Positions 36,207 to 50,805 of a DNA stretch of 64,000 nt are shown here, in pieces; the first letter of the stretch is position 1, and every line of letters starts with the position of its first letter. The DNA lies in contig CAXHJY010000349.1 in NCBI GenBank assembly GCA_964016885.1, forward strand, positions 1-64,000, written 5' to 3'. Source of the DNA: Eledone cirrhosa (lineage: Eukaryota). The notes below the pieces were generated by a model. The model saw only the letters and a program-made list of their open reading frames with translations. It was not told the DNA's origin and ran no database searches. Both the position numbers and the translations under genes were made by a program.

Positions 36207-36510
36207 AGGCGTATGGTTAAGTGGTTAGAGCGTCGGGCTTGCACTCGTGAGGTTCTGAGTTCGATTTTCAAACCGGGTGATGCAAGACACTTTATTTCAC
36301 TTTGCTCTAAAATGAGTTGTGATGCCACTGATGCCAAGCTGTGTTGGCATAAACTTTACCCCTCGACATCGGTGGCGTGAAAATGGGAGACTGGTATGAG
36401 CGGGCGATTGCTGGTCGTCTACAAGCAACCTTGCCTGGACGTTGTGTCGCGGAGAGCTTTCTAGATGCCAATCCCATGGTCATTCGTGATCGAAAGGTTC
36501 TTTTTTACTA
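36207..36510 (+). mobile_element. Second tRNA-derived SINE family (also 51395-51610 +; degenerate at about 31245-31500 + and 30940-31100 -)
   Basis: TGGTTAAGTGGTTAGAGCG...GAGTTCGATT A/B boxes followed by GCAAGACACTTTATTTCAC. Confidence 0.75.
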
Positions 36511-36574
36511 TATATATATATATATATTATTCATTCCTCTCTTCCCCACCTCAAAGGTGGTCTTTATCGGGTTG

Positions 36575-38375
36575 ATTGTCTATTGATATCTAACAATCTT
36601 AGCAATTCTAATATAGAGAAAAACAAAAAACAAATTAGAAAATTCCTAAAGGACTATTACAACCTTAATATCACCTTTGAAAACACCTCAAAAGTAGCTA
36701 ACTTCCTTGACGTTACCTTAGACCTCTCTACGAATATTTATCAACCTTACCACAAACCCAACCAGAATCTACACTATGTACATTCACGCTCTAACCACCC
36801 TGGCTCTACACTAAAAAACTTAGTATATAACATATCTCTTAGACTTTCTAAATTATCTTCCAATGAGGATATATTTTATAAAAATGCACCCTTCTACAAC
36901 GAGGCCCTAACTAGAAGTGGATATAAAGAAACAATTTCATATATCCTCAACACTACTATGGACCATACTACAAAACCTAGCAAAAACTACAAACACCAAA
37001 AAATACCATCGAAACAAATGCCTAATGGGGTCATTCCCATCACACCAAACAACCGAAAAACCACAACAACTATTACTACACGATCTATGACCAATGTTAA
37101 CAACTCACATATGACTACCAAACATTCAACCTCTCATAATATACCCAATAATAATACCAAATACAACCACTGCAATTTACCAAAATCCACAAATACAAAT
37201 ACTAACCATAGGAACTCTTCTAGAACACAGCACATTAATATAAGTGAGAATAAGAACTTAACTAAAAACCGCAAAAGAAACATAACATGGTACAACGCAC
37301 CCTTCAACCTGCAAACTATTGGACAAATCCCCAAAACTTTCTTCGAAATTCTACATAAACATTTTCCACCAAACCACAGATACCACCAAATATTTAACAG
37401 GTATACTGTTAAATTCTCATACTCTACATCAAACAATCTCCAACAGAAAATAAGCAACTACAACATTTATAAATTTAAAAATAATATGACCACACCACCA
37501 CAACATAATTTAAATAAGACTGCACCTTTAAAAGGACAAATAATACAATTCTTCAACCTGGAAAACACAACCACCCAAATCACCAACACAAAAACAACAT
37601 AACACAAAATCACAATACAACCCCAGCACTAAATCACCCACAAAGCAGCACTCATTCTCTCTCTAACATTAATTACAATAAGAATAGCTCCAGGATTAAT
37701 GAGAATTATGTAGGTACCTCCAACAACCATCTTACGTATGGTTGTAATTGCAGAAATAGAAGCGTTTGCCCCTTAAATGGCAACTGTTTGATTAATAATG
37801 TAATATATAAATGCACTGTGTCTACTACTGACTCCAACAAATCGTATATAGGATCTACATCGAACACATTTAAGAAAAGATATTACGCACACTCCAGTAG
37901 CTTTAATAATACTAAACTAACTAACACGACATCTTTAGCTGAAGCAGTAAATAACTATAAAAAGAAAGGAATAGATTTCAAGCTATCGTGGGATATCATT
38001 CTGCAAAGAACTCCATATCTTGGTAACAGGAGAGAATGCAGATTATGTTCCGGAGAGATCTTGGAAATTATTAAATCTAAGGACGATTTATTGAATAAAA
38101 TACAAGAACTGATTAGAGCTTGTAATCACCGTATACGAAAAACATTTAAGTACTATAAACCTAATTAAACATTCTAAATAGCAGCTCACTATAGCTCTAT
38201 GTGACGTACCATTTTGTTAGTATCCCCTTCTCCTAATTATACGCCTTCCTGTTAATTTTTTAACCTTTACATTTTTTAGCTTCCATAGATTCATGCGTTA
38301 CGGACTAAGGGCATCAAGGTACATAACCACCTGTAATTGCATGGGTATACATGTATCTATGTATGTATGGTAAGA

Positions 38376-38441
<66 letters not shown>

Positions 38442-39450
38442 ATATGTGTGTATGTGTGTGTGTATGTGTATGTACATGTATGTGTGTGTACATGTATATA
38501 TGTATGTATATGTATGTATATATATATATATATGTATGTGTGCGTGTATGTATGTATATGTATATATCTATGTATGCGTATGTATGTTTTTAATGGAGTA
38601 TCAATGTAATCATACCTCTATCTATATATGTGAGTATATGTACTTTTGTGATCTGAGAAAATTATGCGTTTTGGCTATATGGCAACATGCATTTATCTGG
38701 GTTTGGTTACTTATACATAGACCCACTTGAAAATATTTACTATTTTATATTTTATGATGCATCATGCGCTATATTATACTATATACAATGTACCATACGG
38801 CACTATATTATATTACATTATATTATATTATTATATTATTGTATTTTATTATCTTATTATAATTTTCATCTTTTAATATACTATCCTTCCTAGTTATGAT
38901 CATTAATTTACCTATCTATATTTATCCTAGTTATTTCCGTATATTTTATATTTCTTTATTTATATTCACCTAAAAACTCCATACAACACAACTCAACATA
39001 TAATTTTTACATCCCTTTTTAAACTTTACCCCACCATCTACATTCCACTATCAATACAACAATCCCTTTTCTTCATAGGTTCTTCATAGTAATTCTATTT
39101 TTAACACCATTCAACCATTCCTTTCAAAAGTCATGACCTCAACTAAAGTGAGTTATATTTCGTCTTAACATCATATGGCAAAACACCAATTGATTGGTTT
39201 GTTCTTCAGCTACCTCCAAATAAGGTTATAGAACTCAATTTACTATTGATTTTGAATAAAATTTTCGTTGCTTTTGAAAACGCCTGACGATATACACGTA
39301 GGTAAATATATTCCTTATTTGATATTTTGTAACTAACCTTACATAGATCGATAACAAAATATGCGTACGATGTATTATTATCACCTAGAAACGATCGTAA
39401 ATAAGTGAAGTATATTCCTAATGACTTGAATTTTTATTTCATTGTTTTAA
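36575..39450 (+). mobile_element. 5'-truncated PLE (RT thumb, linker, GIY-YIG at 37735-38168) plus 3' UTR/pLTR
   Basis: NFLDVTLDL, YVHSRSNHP, WYNAPF, CNCRNRSVCPLNGNCL, VIYKC..SYIGST, CRLC, CNH; ends in (TA)n at about 39453. Confidence 0.88.
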
Positions 39451-39502
<52 letters not shown>

Positions 39503-39807
39503 TATTTCCGTAGAAAAGGTAAAGGAAAGAATTGTTTCGTCTGACGATTAAGCTAGATGTTTCTGCAAGAATCATCTAGTTACTTGAAACCTTCGGTAAT
39601 TAAATAATTATATTGTATTGTTTATGTAAACACACACACAAATACATACACGCACACATGGATCAGATGGTATTTGAACTCGGAAACAAAATACTGTAAA
39701 ACATGTAAACACTCTTCTAGGTTTATCTGCTTTCCAACCACAATATCAAAGGACATTTGAACAGGGTCAGTATTATTTAAAACTAATGTACCTGTGCTGT
39801 CAATAAT

Positions 39808-39910
39808 TGTTTCTACTTTTGGCACAAGGCCATCAATTACCCAGTACATTACTGGTACTTTATTTTATCGACCCGTAAGGATGAAAGGCAAAGTTAACCT
39901 CGGCGGGATA
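39808..39910 (-). mobile_element. 5'-truncated SINE with an 18-bp TSD
   Basis: ACCTGTGCTGTCAATAAT at 39790 and 39911. Confidence 0.85.
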
Positions 39911-40823
39911 ACCTGTGCTGTCAATAATGATGGCAATAGCGTTGAATGTATTCAATTTTTGCTATTCAGGATTGATGTGCCATGTATATTAGGATTAGCG
40001 GATATATGAACAATCATAATAACTAGGAAATCTGCATTCTGATAAATTAGTGATTTGCATAATAGAAACCGTATAGTTTAATAATTCATGGATATAATTA
40101 CATAAATCTTTAGCGTTTATATACAAATCTTTAGCGTTTATATACAAATCTTTAGCGTTTATATACAAAGTTTTCCTTCTCATACATGATTAAATGTATG
40201 AGAAGGAAAACTTTGGGAAATAATCCAGGACCTTGTGATTGGAGAGCGAACTTTTTACTGTAGTAACATGACTAAGATACGAAATCCACGGTATGTGTGT
40301 GTGTATATACTTGCTTGTTTGCGCAAAAACACACACACATATATATATATATATATGCGTGTGTATGTGTGTTTGTGTTATATTGAAAAGACAACTAAAC
40401 CCCAGTTTGATAATTTTTATTAAGGCTGTTTCATATTTCCTCATTAGTTCTTTACGTTTAGTTTGGAACGTTAGCGTTCATAAATCCATGTGTGTATCAC
40501 ACATGCTAATCTCTAAAAATCCAAACAGGGAGTACCATGAATAAAAAGTGTTCCAAAACGGTGAGAAATGAGGCAAAATGGGGAGAAAGCTATACTCATT
40601 TTCACAAGAGAAAACATCTCTCACCCACCCCAAAGGAGGTGGGAGCTGTGATGGCTTCGAAAGTTTAATACACATGTATATATGGCCGCTTCTGTTAGAC
40701 TCTAGATTAAGAACTATTAAGGAAATATGAAACATCTTTGATAAAAGACTCAAACTGGAACACAATTTTGTTTCTCATTTAACAATAGTGAAAAAAAAGC
40801 TATTCCCTATTCACACAAACACA

Positions 40824-40866
<43 letters not shown>

Positions 40867-40895
40867 CACACACACACAAACACACACACACACAG

Positions 40896-40971
<76 letters not shown>

Positions 40972-41381
40972 CGTTTCTGAATTTGTTTAGCAAGATTCTT
41001 TATCTGAAAACGTGTGTTGAAACCGATATTGTTATGCTTTGGGAGGGTGATGTTGCCAATAAGAAACACACGCACCAGTTGCTTTCACTTCAATTTATTA
41101 TAAATTAAATTTATAAATTTCCGGTTGGTTGGTTGGTTCCACAATCAGACGATTGTTCATATATTGTTAAAGTTCTTTCGTCACACATTCTGTAACCTCT
41201 TCAGTAACTGGGGATTCTTTTCTTTGTTTTTTGCCTCTCCTTTGTTCTGTCCTACGCCATCTTGTTGTTGAATGTGTGACGAAAGAACTTTGACAATATA
41301 TGAACAATCGTCTGATTGTGGAACCAACCAACCAACCGGAAATTTATAAATTCCTAAATTTACATGACCCTCGAAAAGCAT

Positions 41382-41434
<53 letters not shown>

Positions 41435-41438
<4 letters not shown>

Positions 41439-41960
41439 GCCAAAGACCATTAACTTGCAAACCCCTGCAACCGGAATTTGTCGATCTTGGATTTGCAGAA
41501 ACCTAGCGCGGATGTTGTGTTCTGTATGTGATGTATATCGTATGCTATACGATATGCATTATATGTTGCATTAACCCCTAGAATTAACGATTAACTGATT
41601 AATTTAATTAGATAATTCTATTGATTGATTAATTGTTTATGTTTGTTTCATAACTTCTGGTTGAGTGCTTAATTCGGTTTGTCTGAGGAAATTTTATTCC
41701 TTTGTCTCAAATTTCGAATTCACCCTTGGAGAAAACCACGTGTCTATAGCGAAATTTACTGTTAGAACATACACGCAGAGGCTAAAGAACACAAGACTTG
41801 TTGAAGAAGTAAATCCTTTGTTCTGTCGTCAAAGACCATTAACTTACAGGCCCCTGCAAGCGGAATTTGACGATCTTGGATTTGCAGAAACCTAGCGCTG
41901 ATGTTGTGTGCTGTATGTGATGTATCGTATGCTATACGATATGCATTATATGTTGCATTC
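41435..41960 (+). repeat. Direct repeat of about 135 bp with period about 389 bp next to (TA)n
   Basis: TGTCGCCAAAGACC...TATGTTGCATT at 41435 and 41824. Confidence 0.8.
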
Positions 41961-42239
41961 GGTCTCAGCGTTATGTCCAGGTCAGTCTAAAATCTTTTCC
42001 TGACTCCAACCATTTTCGTTGCTGTGGTAATGCGGCTGGACTGCCGATTGCTATATTTGATTTGCTAAGCTGTCTAAACGTGTTGTTATTACTCTGGGGT
42101 ACTATTCCCATTCGAGTGCTAAAGCTACATACCGAATTTGCATTCGTTAGCTTGGCCACGAACTAAAGCTTCGTTAATGCTGTACTAAAATTTGTATATA
42201 TATATTAAAAAAAATAAAGGTGTGACACACGAGTTGTGA

Positions 42240-42968
42240 TATATTAGTAAAAAGGAAAAGAAAATGCTGACAAATTTTTCCCAGTGAAAAATAGTTTAAT
42301 TAGGAATAAGTATGAATTAGTAATAAGTATTAGTTAATATTCAGTTTTAGTTTTAACTTTTTACCGGTTGTGCATTTCTTATGCTTTTCAAAAATAATTT
42401 TGAGATAGAGTGCTCGTGATTTTTACTCTAATCTGATCAGTTTTGGAAATTCTTCCTGTTTTATGTGAAAAAAGTGGCTTGGAAGGTATTAAAATATGGT
42501 TGGTTGTTGAATGTCACGTGAATAAGCACTATAAATTTCGCGCCAATTCGTGTTGCAAAAATTCTTGTAGTGACAATTTTGATTGGTCGGTAGAAGTCAC
42601 GTGAATGTTTAAATTGATTTTACCGTGAACTGGTTATAGTAAAACACAATTTCACATGCGCATCAGAAAACCTAACTTTTGAGAGAATCGTTTTTGAAAA
42701 TGACTGAAAATATGGAATAATGTACGCCATTTTTACCAGTACCACAAAAATACTGGTCCATCCACACACACACACACACAGACGCATGCACACGCGCACA
42801 CCAACATATAGACAGACATACACACACACACTTCTCCGTATAAGACAAGAGTTGAAAAATATGTTTCAACATGTTAAAATAAGCACCCCCCTCTCACACA
42901 CACATACACGTACACACACATTCCTACTGACCGATTCATTTCCATTATCACAACAATGAACCACTTAG

Positions 42969-43036
<68 letters not shown>

Positions 43037-43530
43037 TTGTCTTAATAGACACCTGAACTGTTGATCTCTCAACAGGACTGCAACTCGATCAAGCGGAAAA
43101 GGACACTCTTCGACAAACCTATATTTGGCGCGAAACCAGTTCGCCCCAGAATCAATTTAAACATTCACGTGACTTCTACCGACCAATCAAAGTTGCTTTG
43201 ACTACATGAATTTTTGCAACACGAATTGGCGCAAATTTATAGTGCTTATTCACGTGACATTCAACAACCAAACAAATTTTAGTACCTTCCAAGCAACTTT
43301 TTTCACATAAAACAGGAAGAATTTCCAAAACTGATCAGATTAGAGCCAAAATCACGAGTACTCTATCTCAAAATTATTTTTGAAAAGCATAAGAAATGCG
43401 CAACCGGTAAAAACTTAAAACTAAAACTGAATACTAACTAATACTTATTACTAATTTATACTTATTCCTAATTAAACTACTTTTCACTGGGAAACATTTG
43501 TCAGCATTTTCTTTTCCTTTTTACTAATAT
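42240..43530. repeat. Inverted repeat pair (42240-42620 / 43150-43530) of a TA-associated repeat family
   Basis: Reverse-complement arms of about 380 bp; related pieces at 26598-26822 and 49570-49860. Confidence 0.8.
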
Positions 43531-43679
43531 ATATGTATATAATCTTGTGAGTACACAGATGAACTCCAGAGTAAAAAGACTTATCACTTAGCCATAATAA
43601 ATAATATTTAAAATCTATTTCAGTATTGAATCCTCATTCACAGGTCTGTCAACATCACACGGATATATATATATATTTA

Positions 43680-45922
43680 TATAAATTAATAAAAACAATG
43701 AATAAAAATAAAGAAACAGTTCCTTATATTAAAAATTAATCATTTTACGATCGTTTCTAGGATATATATGTGTGTGTTGGTATGTATATCATATAGATCT
43801 ATGTAAAAGTTTTACAAACTATCAGAGGGAATATACATACCTACACATATATATGCTGTCTTCAGAAATAATGATATTTGTTTATTGAAAAAAAAAAAAA
43901 AAAAAATTTTATATAATAGGTCTGTTTTGAATTGACCAATAGAAAAGTGGTAAGTGGTCAAGTTGATAGAATAATAATTCCTAATAATCATACTAAAACA
44001 CCTAAATCAGTGAATCTAACTAAAAATATGTGTAATAAAATCACTAATACTAATTCTCTTAGTAAACAACAGGATACATCATATAATAATAAAAAACAAC
44101 ATCGAAACCGTAATAGACGAGTTATTTGGTATAATGCTCCATTTAATCTACAAATTAAAGATAATATACCTAAAAAATGTTTTACTATCCTAGAGAAAAA
44201 CTTCCCGACAAACCATAAATACCATCAAATTTTAAATAGATCAACGGTCAAATTCTCCTACTCAACAACCAAAAATATAAATGTAAAAAAAAAACGATGA
44301 ATATACCACCAACACATCAAACTAACCATAATACTAAAATAAACCACAGCAAACTACCATCTCATTCATATACAACAAGTCGAGAAAATTCCACACCTAA
44401 TTTGACTAACTCCCCTGATATAACATTCACGAAAGGCTGTAACTGTAGAAACAAAGCAAATTGCCCATTAAAAGGAAATTGCCTTATAAATAACATAGTA
44501 TATAAATGTAAAATTAGCACTAAGGACTCAACTTATTCATATATAGGAGCTACTTCTAACCAATTTAAAGTAAGATTTAATACCCACAAACACAGTTTTA
44601 AAAATGCCGCATTAGCTAATACAACATCCTTAGCTGAAATAATTAATAATTATAGAAAAAAGAATATCGATTATAACTTGACCTGGAGTGTGCGCAAAAG
44701 GGCTACCCCTTATCAAAATAATAGATATGAATGTAGATTATGTTCCCAGGAACGTTTTGAAATAATGAAATCTAAGGATATCCTATTAAATAAGCGACAA
44801 GAATTAATTATATCATGCAATCATAGAATTAGAAAAACTTTCAGATATTATAAACCTAATTAATATACACTTATATTTTACAAATTATTATAATTATTTT
44901 TTTAAAATTAGTTAACCTATAATTAATATTCTACTACTAAGAACTAGATAATTTTATTTCCCTTTTACAGCTATCTTTTCCTAAAATTTATACCAATAAG
45001 TATACATATACACTATTTTAATTTCCTGTTATGAATCTAAATTCCCTATAATCTATATAAGTTTGTTATTTCTCAAAAATACATTTACCCCCACCCCCCA
45101 CCCCTCACAAAAAAATTTTCCTTCGTTTTTAACAACATTTTAACAACATTTTAATAACATCTAACTCTTATTTATCATATCTATATGAATTAATATAATT
45201 TTATCCCTATAAATATACCTATCAATTAAGTTAATTTAATTTCTTTTTATAGATCTATATTCCTTATGTTTTAAATAAGATTGATATTTTTCACTAACAC
45301 ATTTATAGTAAAATTTTATTCTCCTTAGATTTTAACATTACCATTATTCTTTAATAACATCAAATTTTTGTGTACCTTTCCCCGGCTTGACCTATTTTCA
45401 TCCCCAAAGTAATCTTTTCATTCAAAATACTTTTTCCATTCAAAACTGATGTCTGCATTCCTCTACCCCTAAATTAAATTTCTACTACTACTATTCTATC
45501 AACTTGACCACTTACCACTTTTCTATTGGTCAATTCAAAACCTGTTCCCAAACAGACCTATTATATTAAATCTTTGTTGGTTTTTTTCAATAAACAAATA
45601 TCATTATTTCTGAAGACAGCATATATATGTGTAGGTATGTATATTCCCTCTGATAGTTTGTAAAACTTTTACATAGATCTATATGATATACATACCAACA
45701 CACACATATATATCCTAGAAACGATCGTAAAATGATTAATTTTTTAATATAAGGAACAGTTTCTTTGTTTTTATTCATTGTTTTTATTAATTTATCTTGA
45801 CTCTGTTTTCCTGTTTTTCATCCAAAAAAATTTTGAATACATCATCTCTTTTCATGATATTTGGATTACATTGAGTTCTTCATACGGATTGGACACTACC
45901 GTATATTTTGGTAGATTTATCT

Positions 45923-45925
<3 letters not shown>
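43680..45925 (+). mobile_element. 5'-truncated PLE (GIY-YIG 44297-44863) with inverted pLTR fragment at 43680-43975
   Basis: WYNAPF, CNCRNKANCPLKGNCL, VYKC..SYIGAT, CRLC, CNH. 43680-43975 is the reverse complement of about 45490-45790. Confidence 0.88.
45603..45736 (+). ncRNA. HHR in the 3' pLTR of the 43680-45925 PLE
   Basis: ATTATTT-CTGAAGA-CAGCATATATATGTG...CACATATATATCCTA-GAAAC(GATC)GTA-AAATGAT. Confidence 0.85.
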
Positions 45926-46006
<81 letters not shown>

Positions 46007-46195
46007 CGAAGGAATTGTGGTAAGGAACCAGATGGATCATAACGCACCAAAGTACTCAATGCTTAGGGTAGTAGAGTGGGTAATAGGAACAAGTATGACC
46101 CCGACGGCAGAGCTCAAGCCGTTTCGACGGCTATCTCTGGACTCAGAAATAGCCGTCGAAACGGCTTGAGCTCTGCCGTCGGGGTCATACTTGTT

Positions 46196-46261
<66 letters not shown>

Positions 46262-47245
46262 AACAAATGGGTTTTTATTATGCTTGACGATTTCCATGTA
46301 AATCATGTAACTATCAAGTGCGTTGGCCTTTTCTCTAATTTCTATATCAAGAGACATATTAAGTGTTAAAGTGACACCAGGAAAAATATTTATGTCCATG
46401 TAAACTATGAAAAATAAGTCAATTTACCTCAACGGCTTTTAATAGCTTATATAACGTGTCAGATAAAGAACGTTAATTCTGAGGATGTTACTTTAAAGGT
46501 GTGGAATTAGACCGATATAATCGACTGCATGGGAGATAGCACTGAAAAGCACAAAATAACAGGAGTCATAAAACATAGAATTATAATAAATTTAAGAAAA
46601 ATAAATCTTATTCATTTGAAAGAGCAAAAGATTATTTCTTCACTAAATTTTACTCCAATAAAATGAGAATTTACAGGTGATGTTTATGTGTGACTCCTAC
46701 TGCTTTTTACAGCTCATACATATGTAGATATAGCTGGCCACATACCAGGTTGCATCGTGTAGGAGGTTTGTAGGGTGTTTTATGATATCGAGATCAGTCT
46801 TATCATGTAATGCAACGTGAAATGAAATGTTTTCCAATCCACCACCTTTCATGTAAATAATGAACAGGAGAGATGACAGTACGCACCCATTGCGGAGTCC
46901 GACTCCGACATTGAATTGTTTCGATTTAGCACCAACGTACCACCTGATCCAACATCGAACTCACGTGAGTCCAACACAGTAACCACAATGAAAATATAAG
47001 ACAAAGTCAAGTAAAGAATTAATCCATTGTATTACGATCGTTCTAGAGAGCAAAATGTCCTTCGTGAAGACAACATACGCACACATACATACATACATAC
47101 ATAGCTCGTTGTTTGACTGATTGTCTGCAATGCACTTAAAAACCAGTGGACCAATTATGTTCAAACTGAAATCAATGCATTCAAGATTTCCCAGCTCTAG
47201 AATCGCTTCTTTATAATCAACCTTTGAATTTTTCAGCCTACCCTC

Positions 47246-47299
<54 letters not shown>

Positions 47300-47303
<4 letters not shown>

Positions 47304-48900
47304 TTCTTCGCCCACTTGTTCCTGAGAGGGTCGTGGAGGTTAGAGTACTCAAACACGCCTTCCAGCGGGTCCTGTCAGAGGCAACTGTCTCCAACTGATA
47401 GATCCCCAAGCGTGTTATCCAACCATCTTGTTGGGGAAGGGGTCCATCCCTGGGTCTCCTGCCCGTTGGTTGTGCCCGTAAAATCTCGCCAGCGATTCTT
47501 TCCTGAGACATTTTAACCACACGCCCAAAGTATCGGAGCTGTGATATCTCAATTCAGAGAAGTATCAGCTTTACCTGGAGTGACTCTTTGATCTCTGACC
47601 TACGCACTTTATCGAGTAACGTTACTCCAAAGACCCTTCGGAGAAATGCTATTTCGATCGTTTGCTTTCACGATCGTATTCTTTCGGTCATTACCCAAGA
47701 TTCATGACCCTAGATAAGTGTTTGCATGAATACCAGGAAAACAGCGAGTTTGGCTTTTACGCCTATCTCCGTTCTTCTGATTACTGAGTGCTGAAGCTGG
47801 CGTATCACTGCAACAACTCCTGCAACTCTTGCACTTAATTCAGCTCCCGCCTTCCATCACCTGAGGACACGGCCCCGAGGTACTTGAACTTCTCCACCTG
47901 CTTCAGTGGAACTCCATTCACATTTAGAGTGCACTGCATAGGCTTCCTTGAGAGGACAAGTGTCTCAGTTTTCACAGAACTGATTTTCATTCCAGCCATG
48001 CATCAAACCTATCAAGTACAAGCTAAAGATCGTATTATGTCGAGTTAAGTAACACCATGTCGTCTGCAAATTCCAGTTGACTGATTTTACACCCACCAGT
48101 CATGATACCACTTCCATCCCGGCTGCGCATGTCAATCCTGTTCATGTAAATAATGGTTTCTACTTTTGGCACAAGGCCAGCAATTATCCCAGTGTATTAC
48201 TGGTACTTTATTTTATCGACCCCGTAAGGATGAAAGGCAAAGTTAACCTCGGCGGGATTTGAACTCAGTCCGTAAAGGGACGCAACTGTGCTGCAAAGCC
48301 TGGCGTCAGATCCTCTACCGATACTGCCAATCCACCACCTTTCATGTAAATAATGAACAGGAGAGATGACAGTACGCACCCATTGCGGAGTCCGACTCCG
48401 GCATTGAATTGTTTCGATTTAGCACCAACTATACGAACACAAATACTCGTGCATTCATATAGAGATAACAGGGTAGCAAGAAGCTGACCATCAACCGCAT
48501 ACTCCTGCACAGCCTTCCATAGCAAGTCCCGCGGAACGCGGTCATATGCCTTTTCAACGTCGACCAAACAAGATACTGAGGTCACAAGAACAGTTAATGA
48601 GCTCAAATGTTGCAAGACAAAGATGGTATTCTCTGGCTGACTCGTGTGTGCTGGGTAGCCTCAATCTCTGGAAAGGCACCTAAGCAATAGCACTCGGGAG
48701 TAATAACCCCAATTTTCAAAAGGGGAGACAAGAGAGATTGTTCCAATTTCAGAGGGATCTCCTTGTTAAGACTCCCTGGAAAAATCTATGCTGAGTGTCC
48801 GGAAAAGAGAGGCAGGTAGATTGTCGAGTCCAAGCTAGATGATGGACAGTGTGGTTTTCGCCCAACACAACAGAGCCGACCAAATATTCACACTGTAGTA
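47300..48900 (-). mobile_element. RTE-like non-LTR retrotransposon remnant with inverted 5' part (about 48600-48900, +) and a SINE insertion
   Basis: Minus strand: VDVEKAYDRVPR, GLRNGCVLSSLLF, FADDMVL, VEKFKYLG, (GAA)n-like tail at 47300-47310. Plus strand: PIFKRGDKRDCSNFRGISLL..GK..QCGF. Confidence 0.85.
48156..48340 (-). mobile_element. SINE inserted in the LINE RT with a 15-bp TSD
   Basis: TTCATGTAAATAATG at 48141-48155 and 48341-48355. Confidence 0.9.
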
Positions 48901-48930
48901 GATATTCGAGAAAAGAAATATTACCAAGAA

Positions 48931-48994
<64 letters not shown>

Positions 48995-49099
48995 CCAAAG
49001 ATTAATATGGTTCATTGATTACTCAATGAATATAGTTTTATAATAGATTAAAAGCACTCTACAGTGGGTTTTCTGGAGTTATTATTATTCAGAATAATA

Positions 49100-49290
49100 G
49101 GGCGGAGAATTGGCAGTATCGGTAGAGGGTTGGACGCCATGAGTTCTAGCATAGTTACGTCCCTTTACGATCTGAGTTCAAATCCCGCTGAGGTTAACTT
49201 TGCCTTTCATCCTTACGGGGTCGATAAAATAAAGTACCAGTAATGTACTGGGTAATTGCTGGCCTTGTGCCTAAAGTAGAAACAATTATT
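49100..49290 (+). mobile_element. SINE copy with TSD
   Basis: ATTATTCAGAATAATA on both sides; match to 2060-2250. Confidence 0.9.
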
Positions 49291-49420
49291 ATTCAGAATA
49301 ATAATAAATGAAGACATTCACATAATCAAAATATATGTTTTATTATATATATTTCGAAGGTACTGTGCTGTTTTTTCAATACGTATTGCAAAATACACTG
49401 TATGCTTAATATAATTCAGT

Positions 49421-49483
<63 letters not shown>

Positions 49484-49489
49484 TATATA

Positions 49490-49538
<49 letters not shown>

Positions 49539-50332
49539 GTGTGTGTCTATGTGTGTATATATATTTATATATATATATTTAAAGAAAAAAAGATGAAATC
49601 GAAAATGCAACTGGAGTCTTATTTAAAAAATATATATATATATTTATTTGGTTCCTTTACAGGTTTCGCATTTCTTCTGCTTTTCAAAAGTAGAGTTGAG
49701 ATGGAGGGTCTGTGGTTTTTCTCACATCTCTTTGGTCTCTGAATGTTACTTGTTTTATATGTAAAAAAGTGGCTCGAAATGACAGGTTTTTAGTGAAGTA
49801 ATTTGATTGGTTGGTCAATAATTATAATAAATTTCGTGCCAGTTCGCGTTACAAAGATCTTAAAAGAGTGGGGGGGGGGGCAGTTTTTTTTTCATATAAT
49901 TCTCTGCACACAAGCTTTTTCATATATTTCTCTGCACACAAGCTTCTTTATCATACATAAAAAATACTTTACCAATACAACCCCCATAATACACTTGTTT
50001 ACCCGCTTAAAGTGCTTGTATTGCATATAACACCTTGCCGCAAAATAATCTTATATAAATAAGATACACGTGCATGCCCCACGTGTAACTATTGCATACA
50101 CTAACTACTTCAAACTATCCTCTTGCATTATCTTCGTAAACTGACGATGTTGTATTTTAACTTTAATTTTGTTTTAATTTTCTTTTAATATGATTTTAAT
50201 TTTTGAATTTAAATTGCCATGCTAAAATATTATAATGGATGTCACCCCACTGTGCATCAATATATACATATGTTTCTGTATGTCCCTTGTGTTGGAAAAG
50301 AGGTCATGTATGTAAACAATCATTGGAAAATT

Positions 50333-50377
50333 GCTCCGAAGACCCCAAACCTCGGTTTGGACGAAACAATTGTAAGC
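50333..50377 (+). ncRNA. Compact HHR-like motif with CCGAAGA (U4C) core
   Basis: GCT-CCGAAGA-CC-CCAAAC(CTCG)GTTTGG-AC-GAAAC(AATT)GTA-AGC. Confidence 0.65.
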
Positions 50378-50740
50378 TAATAAATGGTTTCAACAGAACT
50401 TTGATTCATGTGATTTCTATATAACTGCTCTGTAGAACAACTGATGTTATTACAATCAGCTATTTATCTTACTGGTAATAAGGTAGTAATAAATTACTGT
50501 CTTTCACTGTTTAGGGTTTCAAATATATATAACTATAAAAAGTTTTAGTATATAAATAACCATAAATAGTATCCTTCATACTATATTTATATATATATAA
50601 ATATATATATGCAAAAGTTCTATTTAAATTGTTGGGATACAACAAGCAAATATTTTTATAACTGATATAAAGCACTCGACAAGTATTGGGAGTAAATATA
50701 CGATAATAACAAATGGAAACTATATTTATAAAACCATATT

Positions 50741-50805
50741 TATTTTATTATACATATTTCAAGGATACCATGTTAAATTATGGTATACCTTCATCAGACA
50801 AAATA
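50741..50805 (-). ncRNA. Type I HHR (mirror copy at 50958-51022 +)
   Basis: TATTTTGT-CTGATGA-AAGGTATACC...GGTATCCTT-GAA-AT(ATGT)ATA-ATAAAATA, inside a palindrome centred at about 50880. Confidence 0.78.

Noticed and set aside
36207-36280. tRNA-like sequences (also 51395-51465 and 2060-2130)
   Set aside because: A/B boxes are present but no complete cloverleaf, and each continues into a repeated SINE body.
39280-39405. CTGACGA...GAAAC(GATC)GTA in the 3' UTR of the 36575 PLE
   Set aside because: Stem I does not pair and the stem II register is off; probably a decayed relative of the 45603 HHR, so not called.
40101-40168. 21-bp x3 repeat that could resemble a CRISPR array
   Set aside because: No spacers; simple minisatellite in eukaryotic DNA.
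43440-43510. GAAAC(ATTT)GTC half-motif in the 42240-43530 inverted repeat
   Set aside because: No matching CUGANGA with stems I and II found upstream, and other copies lack the C.
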